A stretch of DNA of 63,795 nucleotides, filler included, from Dirinaria sp. TL-2023a (GCA_051941275.1; 24 parts of 24 records of this genome joined end to end with filler, not necessarily neighbours in it); one strand, 5' to 3'; shown: positions 13,518 to 26,890, numbered from the whole stretch's first letter. Notes: a model not told the origin generated them from the letters alone. Numbers and translations are program-made.

Positions 13518-14792
13518 CACTCGCCATTGATCCCCTGCCTTCAGGCCCACTTCTCGGATATTGCAGCCCTTATGTCCCCATTTCTCATCGTTAATCTCCG
13601 TTCCAACCTGAACTTGCATCTGTAGCGCCGTCTCGAATCCATCTGGATCGTAATAGAAAGGTTCACCCTGTCCACCTTTCTGGCGTTTCTGCCACGAGTT
13701 CCGGAAAGAGTCTGCAACTTTCTCATCCGCCATCGCTTGTAATGTTTCCTGCAACTTCTTCCAATTCTCACTTCCGCGTGTGTCTTCTTCAGCGCTGCCT
13801 CCATACGCGCTGGACGTTTCGGTGTTGTTGACGCCGCTCTCGATATCCCTCGATGCTTTCTCCTTGGGCCTTCGCCGATACAGGATTTCCAGATCATCCA
13901 ACGACTTCCCAACGTCAAAAACTTTCCCCGCGTCTGCGATAGGCGTTTTGAGCCCCTGCATCGCAATCCTGGAATGCATATCGCAATCTGTGCCGTAATA
14001 CGAGACAAAAGTGTCCCAGCCCCCTACTTCAACAAAACTCTTCGTATTCACAGCCGCAAACCAGTCATAGGAGAAGAATTGGATCGCCCAAGGTTTCTCC
14101 TTGTAATCCGGTTTTTGCGCCTCCCTCACCGTCTCCACTGCTCTCATGTACAAACTCTTGTACGGCTCGCGATCCTCCCACGACTGGGGCACTACATCCA
14201 TGTGGCCCCAGAAATAGAAATCTAGCTCGTTGTTGATCGCCTCTGAAAGATAGAAGTTCTGCAGCTGCGCAAATGTTTGCAGCGAGGGCATTGTAATAAT
14301 GTTGACCCCAAACACCTTCGTCAATCGGTGGTAATCCATGTAAAACGGGTTCTGAGATGTGAGCCGCCCGTGCCTGTTCGCATCGAATGTTCCCGTGTTC
14401 TCCACCACATAAATATCCTCGGGTGGCCATCCTCCTGTGATATAGGCGACTATCACCTGCTGCAGCAAGGGCCAGTACCTCGTGAACCCGATATACAGCC
14501 TGGTCTTCTCAGGGACATGCTCCTTGGGTGGACGATTCCACGACGGCACTGGAGGGAGATCGGCCGGTGATTTTGCCTTGGCGGCGGCGGGGAAATATTC
14601 AGGGAGAGGAGGAGGGATGTCTTTTCGTTCTTCTTTGTAGATAGGGTGAGGGCGCAATCGGGGCTTTTCAGGCCCATGGCCGAGCACATTGGTGCCATTG
14701 AAGGGGAGTCGCAAGAAAAGCAGCGCTGATATGCCTAGAGTGAGAAGAAGAGGGATTATGACGAAGGGAGACCGGGCGGATCGGAGGATCAT
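13518..14792 (-). CDS. Putative type II membrane glycosyltransferase (GT-A-like), 3' truncated
   Basis: N-terminal signal-anchor, Pro-rich stem, then WGHMDV and VGGWDTFVSYYGTDCD, resembling GT2-type catalytic segments. The family call is inference. Confidence 0.55.
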
Positions 14793-15675
14793 TGTAGGAG
14801 GCGTCGGGATGTAGAAGGGATCAGGATCTGGCCGTGGAAGCCGGCATCGAGCTCATCCGTACTGCCAAGTGGACGTCATGCAGCCGATGGAGGAAGCGAA
14901 GCGACAATACCGAATAATGGGTGCCAGAGTGACCACTTACTGTGCCGAAAGTGCAAATTTGGCTGAAATATGTCACAATCGCCATTTCTGAGCTCGCACC
15001 CTAAAAACCGGCTTGATCTAGCCGCCAAGAAGGACGTGCCGTTGCCAAGCATTTCGAAGAATTGCCCGGTCTCCTTATCTACCCTCGGCTCGACGGCTCG
15101 AGCTCGCCGAGGTGCCGTGGGTCCCATATGGATTTGGTGTCATCGCCGTTATCTATTATGCCACATATCACCATCATTTCAATTATAGAGGTTAATGGAG
15201 AAGACGATAAAGTAGAGATCAGTATTAGGTCAGTGACAAGAGATTCAGGCAGATGACAGTGCTGGCGGACAGTGAAAACGAAAACGGAAAGGACGCAATA
15301 ATGATGGGATTTTTGGTTGGAGGTCGAAGTTCTAGCCCATATGGTTTCAAATTGCTGTTCTACTCCCTCTAAGTACATATAATGCTAGACGACGGATGGA
15401 AAGAAAGACGAGCGAAGGTAAAACAAACTTCTCCTGTCTTTCGTGCTATACACATCTAGATTGTTACTCAAAAACAGAGATAGGAACGCTACGAGTAAAG
15501 TAATTATAGGAACTCTTGTCATTGTATATGAGAGTTTTCCCCCAGCATGCTTCAATCTATACTATCAAGGAGACGGTCGAGATTTCTCCTCACAGCATGA
15601 ACGCCGTAGAGTAAAGCTTCTGGGCTCTAATTGTCCATTTTAGTTGGATCGGAGAATGACTCTCCATTAGTCCAA

Positions 15676-16105
15676 TCAGAACCAGTTATCAGAGTCGCTC
15701 TCATCGGAGCCAATTCCGTCAGAATATCCGTGTCGTAGAAAATCTGCCACTTCCCGTAAAACAGAACCAGGCTCATCAGAGTCACTCCCAACAGCTTCAT
15801 CTGCAGTAGCATCACTGCCATAACAGCTATCCTCATCAGAGTCACTCCCATCAGAATCATCGTCGCCTCGAGCTAGGATATCGGCCACCTCATCCGTGAT
15901 TTTGATCATATCACCTTGCCGCCGGTCCAACCAAAGCTTCCTTATCTTTTTACCATTGGGCCAGTGCGTTGATACTGCCTTTAGCAATTTGTCCGTCATC
16001 CTGACCTCTTCACCTCTTCGTCGATCAAATATCAACGCCATTATCTTTTTACCACCCCTCCGTCTCTCTGCTACGGCCTCGAGCACCTCCTGTGTGATCT
16101 GAATC
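15676..16105 (-). CDS. C-terminal helical-repeat region of a probable NACHT/STAND (NLR-like) protein, 5' truncated
   Basis: ~36-aa repeats of the form I.IT.EVL.A.A....GKKIM.L..DRRG, followed by an acidic GSDSDE-repeat tail. Confidence 0.55.
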
Positions 16106-16205
16106 NNNNNNNNNNNNNNNNNNNNNNNNNNNNNNNNNNNNNNNNNNNNTTAATTAATTAANNNNNNNNNNNNNNNNNNNNNNNNNNNNNNNNNNNNNNN
16201 NNNNN

Positions 16206-16241
<36 letters not shown>

Positions 16242-16678
16242 ACGTCCGGCTATCATGCGTTATCACGGTGCCGCTTGCCTGTGTCCCAACGACCAGATTG
16301 TTGGGTGACGATGGCGGAAGCATGAGCCGTCCGAGATGGGATCGGCCGCACAAAGTGGAGAGTTGGTTCGTGCCTGGGTAATAATACTATTTTGAACAGT
16401 TTAAAAAAGAGAAAACATGGCGAGCGACAGCGAATGCGTTTGCAGTCCACGTTTTGCGAAATCGGATCGGCGATGATCGCTACAAGCCGAGCACAGACCG
16501 ATGATCGCCGGCAAAAGCATCGATCGCGTTTCCGCGATGCTGCAGGCTGATGTGACCCCGCAGACGGGATCGCGCCCAACGCAGACGACGGTCCAAGAAT
16601 GTCTCGGACCAGGTGCCTAACGTTGGCATCTAGCCAGGCTCTAGCCAGGCTCAAGAGCAGACGGAGCCCGAGGTCGAT

Positions 16679-18018
16679 TCAGGCCACATTGTCAGCCCAG
16701 GCAACGCCGTCGTTGATGAACGCTTCCCAGTTGCCGTCCATACCCGGCGTGCCAGCACCGCTACCCTGTGAACTGTTACCACTGGTGTAGAGCTGACCTT
16801 TCGAGAAATCGAAGGCGCTGGGATCAAAGGACATCTGGAACGGCGGTGCGGACATGGAGCCCGCCGGCGCCTGCCCATACAAAGGGAGGCCATGGTGTGG
16901 TGCCATGTCCAACGCGCTGGGCGCCAAGGTAGCACTCATACCATCGAAAGATGGATGAAAGTTACGGGTCTTCGACAGCGACGCCGATGTCGGATTATAG
17001 AACGCTTGGCCCATGTTCTCGTTGCCTGACATGAGCAACGACGTCAAAGAGTCATTTGGATCCAGAGCCGAGCTAAGCATTTGCTGCGATTCTGCAGGCA
17101 GCGAAGTGCTTAACGGACTGGGGTCTGAATAGCTGTTCGAATGAGGAAAGGTCTGAGGTCGCTGCAACGGCTGTGGTGGTGCTTGCATCGTAATGGAAGG
17201 TTTCCGGTCCTGCGGCACTTTGCAGGAGGGATTCGGTTGCTGAACCGGAGGTGCAGCTTGCACCTGTGGTGGTGTGCGAGTCGTGCTTCCAGGTGGCGAA
17301 ACCGACTTCGAGGGCGCCGAAGTGCGCCGACGCTCGACTACCGGACTCACGATCTGTGCGGGGCTGGAAGTCGGTAGGCTCTGCGAGTATCGAGGTATTT
17401 CTTGGGCTCCCGACACAGACTGAGACCGACCGTTCTGCACATGCGGAAATGTTGGAGTCGGTGGCATGGTGTAGGGTGACTGAGCATATGACTGCGGCGA
17501 CTGTTGCTGCGGCATGTTCTGGTGGATGAAAGGCGACGGATACATGTTCTGATGGTTGTGGACAAATTGAGGAGCATTGGGGTATTGTTGAGCATAAGAG
17601 TTGGTGATCGCCTGATCAAGCGCACTTCTCATGGCGACGTGGTTAGTCAGGTACGCCGATAACCGCCGATTGAAGTCCGCCGAACCGGTCTGCAGGTGGG
17701 CGGTGAGTCTCCTGTACTGCATGGGTAGGTCGTCGTCCTCCTCTTCATACATCTCTTCATTAACCACATCTTGTTCGGTCACACGCAACGAACGACCGGT
17801 ACGCCGCTTGTGGATCTCGGACGCTCGTCGTGCAGACTCAACGCGAGCCTCAAGGCTACGGTCGCTCCTGCGAGAGGCTGCGATGTAGGCTCTAGAGACT
17901 CATCAGAAATGCTAGGAGCAATGCAGGGGCCAAGGGCAATGTACCGCTCTTGATTCTCTTCGTGAGTTCGTTCGGTTTTGAGCGCCTTGGAAGGCGGTAC
18001 CGTTCGCTGCGGAGGCAT
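16679..18018 (-). CDS. Conserved Pezizomycotina protein, probable transcriptional regulator (2 exons)
   Basis: Intron 17892-17944 restores RTHEENQERAYIAASRRSDRSLEARVESARRASEIHKRRTGRSLRVTEQDV, a basic helical domain followed by a P/Q/S-rich region. Confidence 0.75.
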
Positions 18019-18891
18019 TATGGAATTGGATCAGATGCTGTTGTGGAAGGAAGCTGGATGAAGACGAGATTCCTGGAAGGGAAAGCTGAAGACTAGCTAA
18101 TACTAGTAATTTTGATACAATTCGTGTTGGGACTAGGAATCATCGAGAGTGAATAACGATGAACATGGAATGGGCGGTTGTGGTCCGCTGAAGCTGGAGT
18201 TGGGAATTGATGGAAGGAATTGTCTGATATTATTGCAGCCTGTGGAGAAATGCGTAAGAGGCGAAACCGACGTCAGGTAGAGGCGAACAAATTAACGTTT
18301 GAGTGGGGTGGCGATATTCGACCGAGTTTGTGATTTCGATTATGGAGACGAAAATCGGACTGGACGTGAATCTCGTCTCCAAATTATGATTGAATTTGTT
18401 TTTTGGCAATAATAATAATTTGTGTGAGGGTTCCGATGTACGATATTGGGTGGTCGCGATGGCGAACGCTGCGGATCCTCGGATCGATCTGGGAGATCCT
18501 TGCTTGCTTGGTGAGGCGGTTGCCGAGGTACGGAAGTAAGTACTGACGAACGGAAAGCGGCTAATAAGGCCAATTGGCAGCTGGGACACAACCAAACCAC
18601 AAAGATCAAAGAGATGATATACAGTGATCAATACCTGATGGCAGAAGACTGAAAGACAAGACCAAATACCCACGCAAGTCGGTGGCAATGGAGATGGAGG
18701 AAGAAAAATCGAACTGGGGAAGGGGAAAGGTGGGAGATGGGGAGGGTGCGGGTTGATAAGGGGAACAGGCAACGTTTGCCCGGTTCTAGCTNNNNNNNNN
18801 NNNNNNNNNNNNNNNNNNNNNNNNNNNNNNNNNNNTTAATTAATTAANNNNNNNNNNNNNNNNNNNNNNNNNNNNNNNNNNNNNNNNNNNN

Positions 18892-19195
18892 ACATCATCA
18901 CGTCCCCCTCCATCTTGAACACCACCACCCGCCCATCGTACAGGATCACGTCGCTCGTCTGCTTGTTCGTCTTCTCCAGCAGGCCCTTTTCGAACGCCTT
19001 CTGCTCTTTCACTGTCGGGTACGGGTTGCTGCCCGGTTGTCCTGCCCCACCACTACCACCGCTGATACCGTCCTTTGAAGAAGGTTGTGGGTGCTGGTGC
19101 GGCGCGCTGTAGTATTTGGCTAGGATGCGCGAGCGGTCGTCGGTTGAGAGCAGGAGGATGGCGTTTACGGAGAAGAGGGTTAGGTTTGTGGGCAT
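18892..19195 (-). CDS. RET3: Coatomer subunit zeta (3' truncated)
   Basis: LFSVNAILLL...RILAKYY...YPTVKEQKAFEKGLLEKT...DVILYD is the characteristic longin N-terminus of zeta-COP. Confidence 0.88.
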
Positions 19196-19799
19196 GGTTG
19201 ATTTGGTTGGTTGCGGGGGGAGAATTGGGAGAAATGCTGGGATTGGTGAAGAGAGAGGAGAGAAAGATGGGGATCTTGAAAGCTGGCTTGCGATTCTTGA
19301 AGTCTCAAGCCACGGAGCGGGAACTGACAATATCATACCATACCAGAATAGGAAATATCCGATCTTCGATTCCCATTCTGGGTTTCTTGTGGCTGGGGTG
19401 CTGGGTTACTTTATTTTGACATCACTACTATGGTCTTTGCACCACTAGGTTTGTCAATTGAATTGATATTCGTTCACAATGTCTCATATCACATACAATT
19501 CATGTGTAGTTAAGATCTGGGAGCTTGAGCATCTGACATTCACTCAAGGAGTAGCCGCAATAAGCGTAGCCGAGATCTGCTTTTGCAGGCGAACACGTGG
19601 TTTAGATCTGAGAGATGTGTAACTCGTTAGAGTACACAGGTTTCACTAAGAACTGACTTAAAAATTCGCAGATAGGTATCGTCCCTCGCCCTTCGTATGA
19701 CCTTCGTGCCACCACCGCCTCTGAACCCTCCTATATAAACCCTCCTATCAGCGTCTATTCCTTTACAAGGTTGATCATGACGTAGCGCTCGTAGACATA

Positions 19800-21190
19800 G
19801 GACGTATTACATGAGCGAAAATGATTTGGACGGGCGCTATGATCGTGTAGGTACTTTTTCTCTTTTCCCAATGCTGAACTCCCTATGAACGGCATCAGAA
19901 GTGATATGAAGCAAGAAAATGACGACCACGAACGAAGCGCACTGCAAGGACAAGCCACTCATGAAATGATCTGTATATAGACTGGTTTAAGGAAGCCTAG
20001 TTGCAAGAAGAGCGCGAGAAAGGGATCCAAGGATCGAATCGAAGAGCAAGCCATTGATGTTGATAGTACGATGTTCGTACTGCTCTTAAGCTATTTGAGA
20101 GGTATGGATCATGGTGTCAAGATACTGAGACATTAGATGGGCTATCTTGGAAGCAACAGTAGAGGTAAAGAATGATAAAATGCAGGTCTCAGCGACGAAT
20201 TGTTTGGTGATTTCGGTATGTAAAACATCTTTATTGTTTCAGAAGATGGGGGGTTGTGGGTGACGATTCCATCTGACTGTGGTGGAATTAAATGCTGAGA
20301 AAGAATTTGTCTTCGCCGAACATGTTGGACCAAGGACCAGATTTCTAAAATATATGCCAATTTGTCTAGGTACTTGAGTAAGGAGCAAGTTTGAGAAATG
20401 CCAGCATCAACAAAGCATGTCTTACAAGAGATCAAAGAACGAACCGACATCAGCCAGCAATAACGAAAAGACAAAAATGCCTGAGCACAACGCCAAATCT
20501 TTGATGGGTTCAAGTCCGAGGGAGAATATGATAAGACTCGACGTCAGCTTGCTCTTGTAACAGCACCATGAAAAGAATCTTGGTAGCACCGAAGGCTTAT
20601 TGATATTTGAGCCAACAAAGGATAAATGATCAGAGAAGATGACGAATTGTAGAGGATGAGGCATAATCACGTTGGAAAAGAACGGAAGCAAAAATATTGA
20701 GAGCAGGCAGAGTGTTTCGAAGCACATTGAAACTCCTATCAGCTGCGCTAATAGGAATCTTGCAACAGCTGCTTCCTCGTTCTTGAAATAGACACTGAAT
20801 CTGTCATCCGCAGGCATGCATTAACGATGAATTTGGCCGGTGATACTCGAACTGAGGAGTACATCCCTGAAGCACATGCTTCGCGGTTCGATGGAAGTTT
20901 TGAGGAGAACTTGCAGATAGGATTCGATACGGTGAGTAAGCTCTTACGCTTCTTCATCTGGCTCCACCGCCGGTCCAGAGCATCGAATCGTCAGTCTTAC
21001 TAGATTCACGAGTTAATTGCTTTTTCTCTCTCCTTTCACCGCTTCACTGGAAGCAATAAAGACAGAATGACAAAATCAAAGATAAATTGAGATTCGTGGA
21101 AGCCTTGCATTGACCTGGAATCAGGGGTTCTCGTTGCAGGCCTTACACTACCGGTAATGAAGCATGAAGATTGTGAGAAGTGTTAAACAG
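19800..21190 (+). pseudogene. Possible decayed gene of unknown family
   Basis: Purine-rich, codon-like stretches with scattered stops and frame changes, plus intron-like signals (GTGAGT at ~20932...CTTACTAG). No long ORF. Confidence 0.3.
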
Positions 21191-21560
21191 AAGATGGATC
21201 CTTCTCCTGCTCTATATGATTGATATGCATGGAATGAAGGAGTAAGAGTACTTACTCTCTACTCTTTTAAAAATTAAGGGAGGGTAAGACTGAAAATAAA
21301 AGGATAACAAGGAAACCCTACCTTCGGAGAGAAAATCAATAAATCCGAAGATTGGACCGGATCTAAACAAACCCAGGTCCGATGGCTTAACGGTCATTTG
21401 CCCTAACAACCAACCAGAAGCTCTGTGTTCGAACCTCACTGCTAACATAAATTTAACAGGNNNNNNNNNNNNNNNNNNNNNNNNNNNNNNNNNNNNNNNN
21501 NNNNTTAATTAATTAANNNNNNNNNNNNNNNNNNNNNNNNNNNNNNNNNNNNNNNNNNNN

Positions 21561-22776
21561 AGGAAATCGGTTTCGGATTCGGATTCTGATGACGGCGAGG
21601 CAGGCGCGTCTTTCATGGGTGCGTCTTCGTTTTCTGCTTCTTCTTCTTGGTTGGATGCTGCGGAAGTGGAGGTGTCTTCGCGGGTCAGTTTCGCGGTTGG
21701 CTGCTTCTTCTTCGGGGCCTGGGTTTTGGAGAAGGATTTGAAGATCGAGGAGGCTTCTTTCTTGAGGGCGGGGGGTTTTGATGACGCTTTGGGTTGGGAT
21801 GGTTTGGTTTGCGAGGGAGCGGTTGATGGTTTGGTTTCTGGTTGACGGGTGGCTGTGCTTGCAGTAGGCTGTCCGGCGGCTTTTCTCGTGTTGCTTGCCT
21901 CGTTGGATTTATTGGAGGAGGCTTGAAGGGTTTGTGCGGGCGCAGCTGCTGCTGGAGGGGGCGCTGGTGGACGGCGGCCTGTTCGTCGCTATGAGAGTGT
22001 TAGTTGAAGAAGTCGGCTTCGCAAGCATTAGGAACGTACTTGGACGCCTGAATTGAGTATTGTGCCATAGTGTTTGTTGTGCTCTAATGGATCCTCGTGA
22101 GCGTATTTAGCACGGATTTGTCGATTGCAGTCGGTGAGGACGTGGAGGTTCTGCGGTACTTAGCAGAGATCCGAAGATATTGGGCAGGAAAAAGGCGTAC
22201 TTTGATTGTGCTTGGCTCTAGGCTATAAATGTGGATGGAAAGTATATCGTCGTATTTGGCCTTAGCAGCTGCTTCGTGTCAACGACATTCCATCGCACCG
22301 TTACCACAACTATGCGATACCCTCAAGATGCTCCTCTCTAGCGAGAGTAACTAGCTTCACAGGAGGACCCTCTTGAATACTTTCCTCTTGCGGCGCAGAA
22401 CTGCTCATGAACGGACTGCTCTGCATATACGTGTCTTGCCCATCTTGCTGGCTCTTGTCTGGCTGAGCGGACTCTGCTTTTGCGATGCCATGAAGAAGGT
22501 AGGTAGCGTGCACTGAGCCGGGCTTTCGCGAATTCGAAGTCTGATGGAAATCGTATAGCATTCTGCTGTTTTCAGTACCAATACTTGAGGGAAAGAGAAG
22601 AGCTGAGCTGCACACCTCTTTGCGGCATTGACGTGGACCTTGAGCTCTCTACTCAGCATGCGATATGTCACCTGCAAATTAATCAAGACTGTGTTGTAAT
22701 TGGACTTTTGATGACGTACGATCTTGGACTCGCTCACTACTTCAGCTGCTAGCCATTGCTTATAGTCTTGAGCCAT
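21561..22776 (-). CDS. POL32: DNA polymerase delta subunit 3 (Pol32/Cdc27), multi-exon, 3' truncated
   Basis: MAQDYKQWLAAEVVSESKI/VTYRMLSRELKVHVNAAK/MLYDFH...VHATYLLHG matches the Cdc27 winged-helix N-terminus. Several short GT-AG introns are present. Confidence 0.88.
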
Positions 22777-23006
22777 ATTGTCAGCTACTCGACGGTTTGA
22801 AGCGGTCAATTGCAAGGGCTGCGATGCTGATCATTGATTGAATTGTACTCGTACTCGATACATCCCACTTTACGCGCTACGCGTGTGAATGTGGCGCGGA
22901 ATATCTCCGCTCAAAGCCAAGAATACAGTCTAACCGTGTAGTGAATATTTGAAGAAATCTAAACCTCTTTTACAACGACACCACGCTCAAGACCCTCAGC
23001 CAAGTA
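22777..23006. promoter_or_regulatory. Bidirectional promoter with MCB (ACGCGT) element
   Basis: 230 bp between divergent ATGs, with ACGCG at 22872, ACGCGT at 22879-22884 and a CGCG core at ~22895. Confidence 0.6.
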
Positions 23007-24126
23007 ATGGAGGCCTCCTTCGAAGTCAGCGACCCGTCAGATTGGTTGCAAACGTCTGTCCGACAGCTAGCTCCGCTCGAAGCCTCCCTTCGATGTCAAG
23101 TCTGTAAAGACTTCTTTGACACGCCCATGATCACTTCGTGTTCGCATACTTTTTGCTCGCTCTGTATACGGCGCTGCTTGACGAATGATGGTAAATGCCC
23201 TACATGCAGGACCGCAGACCAAGAGTTGAGGTTGAGGAGGAACTGGACGGTTGAGGAAGTGGTGCAGACATTCAAAGATGCAAGACCAGCTCTATTACAA
23301 TTCAATGAGGATCTGTTAGCGGCGAAGGAAGGGACGAGTGCGAGGGCAGGCAAACGCAAAAGGGAAGACATTGGCGACGGAGATGTTGCAGAAGATGAGG
23401 CGCATAGAAGCACCAAGAGAAAAACGAGATCGCAGACACGGAGAGACTCTGGCAGTCAGGTGGCGAGAAGATGCTCCGTAGCGGACAGTGAGGGAGACGA
23501 CGAAGACTATCAGCCAGGTAGCATCTTATTAAAGCGCTTTCCGCGTTTACTAATGTCTCTAGATGACGGCTTGACAGCATGCCCTATTTGCTCCAAGCGG
23601 ATGAAGGAGGCGGAGGTCTTCTCCCATCTCGATGTGCATAACGAACCGCAACCGAGCACAAACGGGGAACCATCGAGCTTGAGGTATAAGAACTCAATCT
23701 TGCAAGAGAAGAGGCACTGATGATATACAGAGGGACCCCGATAGAATTAGGTTCACGATCTCGCCCGCCTGCAAAACCTCTGGAACGCCTACCGCAAATA
23801 AGTTACGGCTTAATGAAAGACAATGCACTGAGAAAGAAACTTGCGGAATTAGGTATACCAAACAGTGGGCCCAGGCTTTTATTGATGAAACGCCATACGG
23901 AATGGGTCAACTTGGTAAATTCAAACTGTGATTCATCGCGTCCTCGATCAAAAAGGGAACTACTCAGTGAGCTAGATACGTGGGAACGAAGTCAGGGACG
24001 TAATATTATCAACGGACTCGGCGGTAGTGAGACGAGCTCGGTAATGAGGAAAGACTTTGACTCTGCTGCTTGGGCAGCAAATCACACCAACGACTTCCAA
24101 ACATTGATCGCAAAAGCTCGGCAAAA
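23007..24126 (+). CDS. RAD18: Post-replication repair E3 ubiquitin ligase Rad18 (UvsH/UVS-2), 3' truncated
   Basis: RING (CQVCKDFF...CSHTFCSLCI...CPTC), UBZ finger (CPIC...HLDVH) and SAP domain (LRKKLAELGI). Introns at 23518-23562 and 23684-23730. Confidence 0.93.
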
Positions 24127-24386
24127 NNNNNNNNNNNNNNNNNNNNNNNNNNNNNNNNNNNNNNNNNNNNTTAATTAATTAANNNNNNNNNNNNNNNNNN
24201 NNNNNNNNNNNNNNNNNNNNNNNNNNAAGTAATGCTCGTTCGGTTTATGAGAGAGACAATGCAGAAGATTCAAAGATCTAACGCTATTTTATATCCCAAA
24301 GAGTGCATTGAAAGAAGCAGCTAAATCAATGCTTATTTCGGTGTTTGACTTGCTCGAGAAAAAAAAACACACCAAAATGGATTTTG

Positions 24387-24534
24387 TGTTGTAAGCAAAG
24401 TGAGTAGGAAGTTGAGTTGTATTGAAGCTATGGAACTATGCTATATACCTCATAATGTCAAGAAGTCAAGAGGTATATAGCATAGTTCCATAGCTTCAAT
24501 ACAACTCAGCTTCCTACTCACTTTGCTTACAACA
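24387..24534. repeat. Near-perfect inverted repeat (65-bp arms, 18-nt loop), MITE/fold-back-like
   Basis: 24387-24451 is the reverse complement of 24470-24534 with one mismatch. A partial third copy lies at ~24802-24829. Confidence 0.9.
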
Positions 24535-25739
24535 AATTGGTAGCATCAACACGCTTACAACCAGTGCATTTGCGTACCAGTAGCACATTTAATTGCTACA
24601 CCATTTTGGTCATGTGTTCTGCATTCATCTCTTTTCATCGTTTAGTAGCACAGTCACCTCGGTGTTGCCTCTTCGTCGCCCCAGTGCCGCTGTTTCGTCA
24701 CTGCAGCTCCTTGCCACCGTCCCGTTTATCCCGCTTTGGTGGAGTATATTGCCAAACTGGATTTCAGCGAGGAGACCATCCAGTTGGCCCGCAAGATTAG
24801 TAACTTCCTACTCACTTTGGTTCGAACAATTTGGAAACTCCATTACTGAGTCCAGTTAAAGAATTCCTGGACAAGTCTATCAAATCGAGCCACGATATGA
24901 GGAATAACTTTTCCACTACTGTGCCATTGTTCCCAAGAAATTAACCATTTCGTCAATGTTCAAAATATAAAGCTGAGTAATTTCTTCAACAAGTTTCCAT
25001 CGATGAAGCCCCACTACATTAAAAGTATTAACATTGATTTAATCAAAAGCATGCAATATCGAATTCTGAGTCTTGCGTATTTTTTACTAATACTTTCATA
25101 ACCAAAGATATCAAGAACAATTTACATTAAACGAGTGTTCCAAAGGTCGCAGAGGTCGAGAACTAATGAATACTCAAGTATATAACCATCATCGATTTGA
25201 TCGAAGATATATATTCTTTCGAACTAAGCATTTATAGCTAGGAGACTGAACTGATTCTAACGGAGAGAGGGACGAAAATGGAAATTACTCTCGATTAAAT
25301 TGACAGTGTGATCCAAAAACGGAAACGCGGTGACGATATCAGCTCGCTGCTTCGCTCAACATTTGCCAAACTGCTAATCGAGCTGACACATACAGCATCA
25401 ACTCATGTAATGGGCCATAGCGTACTCGCTATATAAAATCCAATCAACTTTTCGTCATAGCAATGAAAAAAGACTCTCATCTGCGAGCAATCGTAACATC
25501 TGCTTTTATCATCAATTCTCAAGCACGCAAGTCTCAGACGCATTGCGTCTATCGCTAATACTTCTGTAATTTTCGAAAATAGTTAATGATCTGTGGCAGT
25601 TTGTATAGATCATTCTGCTTCTTCTCTCTCATATGGTTGTTCGATGCTCTCTATTCGTTCGTTACAATACTGCATGTTTTGATTTCTCCTAAAGAGTTTA
25701 TTGTCTTGATATTACTGTCGAAGAGTCTATAATAGTTAA

Positions 25740-25940
25740 AGTTGACGGGAATCAGAAGACCACCAAGACCCAGGAGGACATTTTTTTAGACTGAGAAATC
25801 ATACCAGGGGTTTTGAAGAAATAAAGAAGACTATTTTTGAGAACACTTGTTCAAGTGTAGATAAGAACCTTCAGTGGCATCTCTCTGCGGATGCCTCAAA
25901 AACCGGTGCAGGAGGGGTGCTTTTCCAGATCCGAGGGTTA
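25740..25940 (+). mobile_element. Ty3/gypsy RNase H fragment (degenerate)
   Basis: Translates EIKKTIFENTCSSVDKNLQWHLSADASKTGAGGVLFQ, which contains the DAS..G.GGVL motif of retrotransposon RNase H. Confidence 0.7.
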
Positions 25941-26890
25941 TGGCATTATGGTTTAAGATGACGATACTGTTCATCAAAGTTTTGAGAATCTTTCGGCTTC
26001 TGGCATAGGGCCTGGGCTTGCTTGTTGCACTTCAGACACAAAACGGGCGTTCTCAGCGATGATCACTAGCGCCTTCGGGAATATGATTTTTATCGCTGGT
26101 TATCGGAGCATTTTGGGGTTATATCAGAGAGTGAAGAGATACATACATGTGTTAGAGCCAATTAACAATGATACCTGGTCTATTCGCTTGAAAGGCTCAA
26201 GTTCATCCTAAAAGCAGCTATCCTTGTTATTGTTGTTGCTCGCTCAAAGCCTTTCTCATATGCCTGTATAGATGCGGACTGGAAGATGTACCGGCTGTGT
26301 AGTTTGATGACACCTGCTAGATTAATAGACGCATTATTTATGATAGTCCGTATACAAGCCATTCCCTCAGTACGTTTAATTGAGTGTACCAATCCACGAA
26401 TGCCATCAAGAAGTCTCCACCAACCTTGGACAAAGAAATGTCGATATCATAAATCTCCTATTGAATGTGCAAAAATAAAGACCTTATTCTTCTCATAGAA
26501 GAACCCCCGGCTTGAAAAAGGGGTTTATGTAGAAACATATTTTTGGTTATTGAAACTGTTGAAAGCTTAAGGGAGGAAATGAGAAAAAGACAAAAGGGGA
26601 GGTGGGGTGGATGGCGAATTTTCACCTCACAAGTAGCTAATATTTCCCTCGAATTTCAACAATATATACCAAATAGGGTCCGTTTTCATCTTGCCCACTT
26701 TGGCCAGGTGGGAGGTCGGTCTTCGGAGAGAAGCCCCTGGCCAGGGGGGCCAATCGACGGAGCTAACCCTAAGGGAGTGAGACGGCGAGGNNNNNNNNNN
26801 NNNNNNNNNNNNNNNNNNNNNNNNNNNNNNNNNNTTAATTAATTAANNNNNNNNNNNNNNNNNNNNNNNNNNNNNNNNNNNNNNNNNNNN

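Noticed and set aside
18230..18772. 180-aa ORF upstream of the conserved regulator
   Set aside because: It has a non-ATG start and a low-complexity pyrimidine-rich composition typical of a long 5' UTR or promoter.
24900..26600. Further TE-derived frames around the RNase H fragment
   Set aside because: They look like decayed coding DNA, but I could not assign a family by eye.
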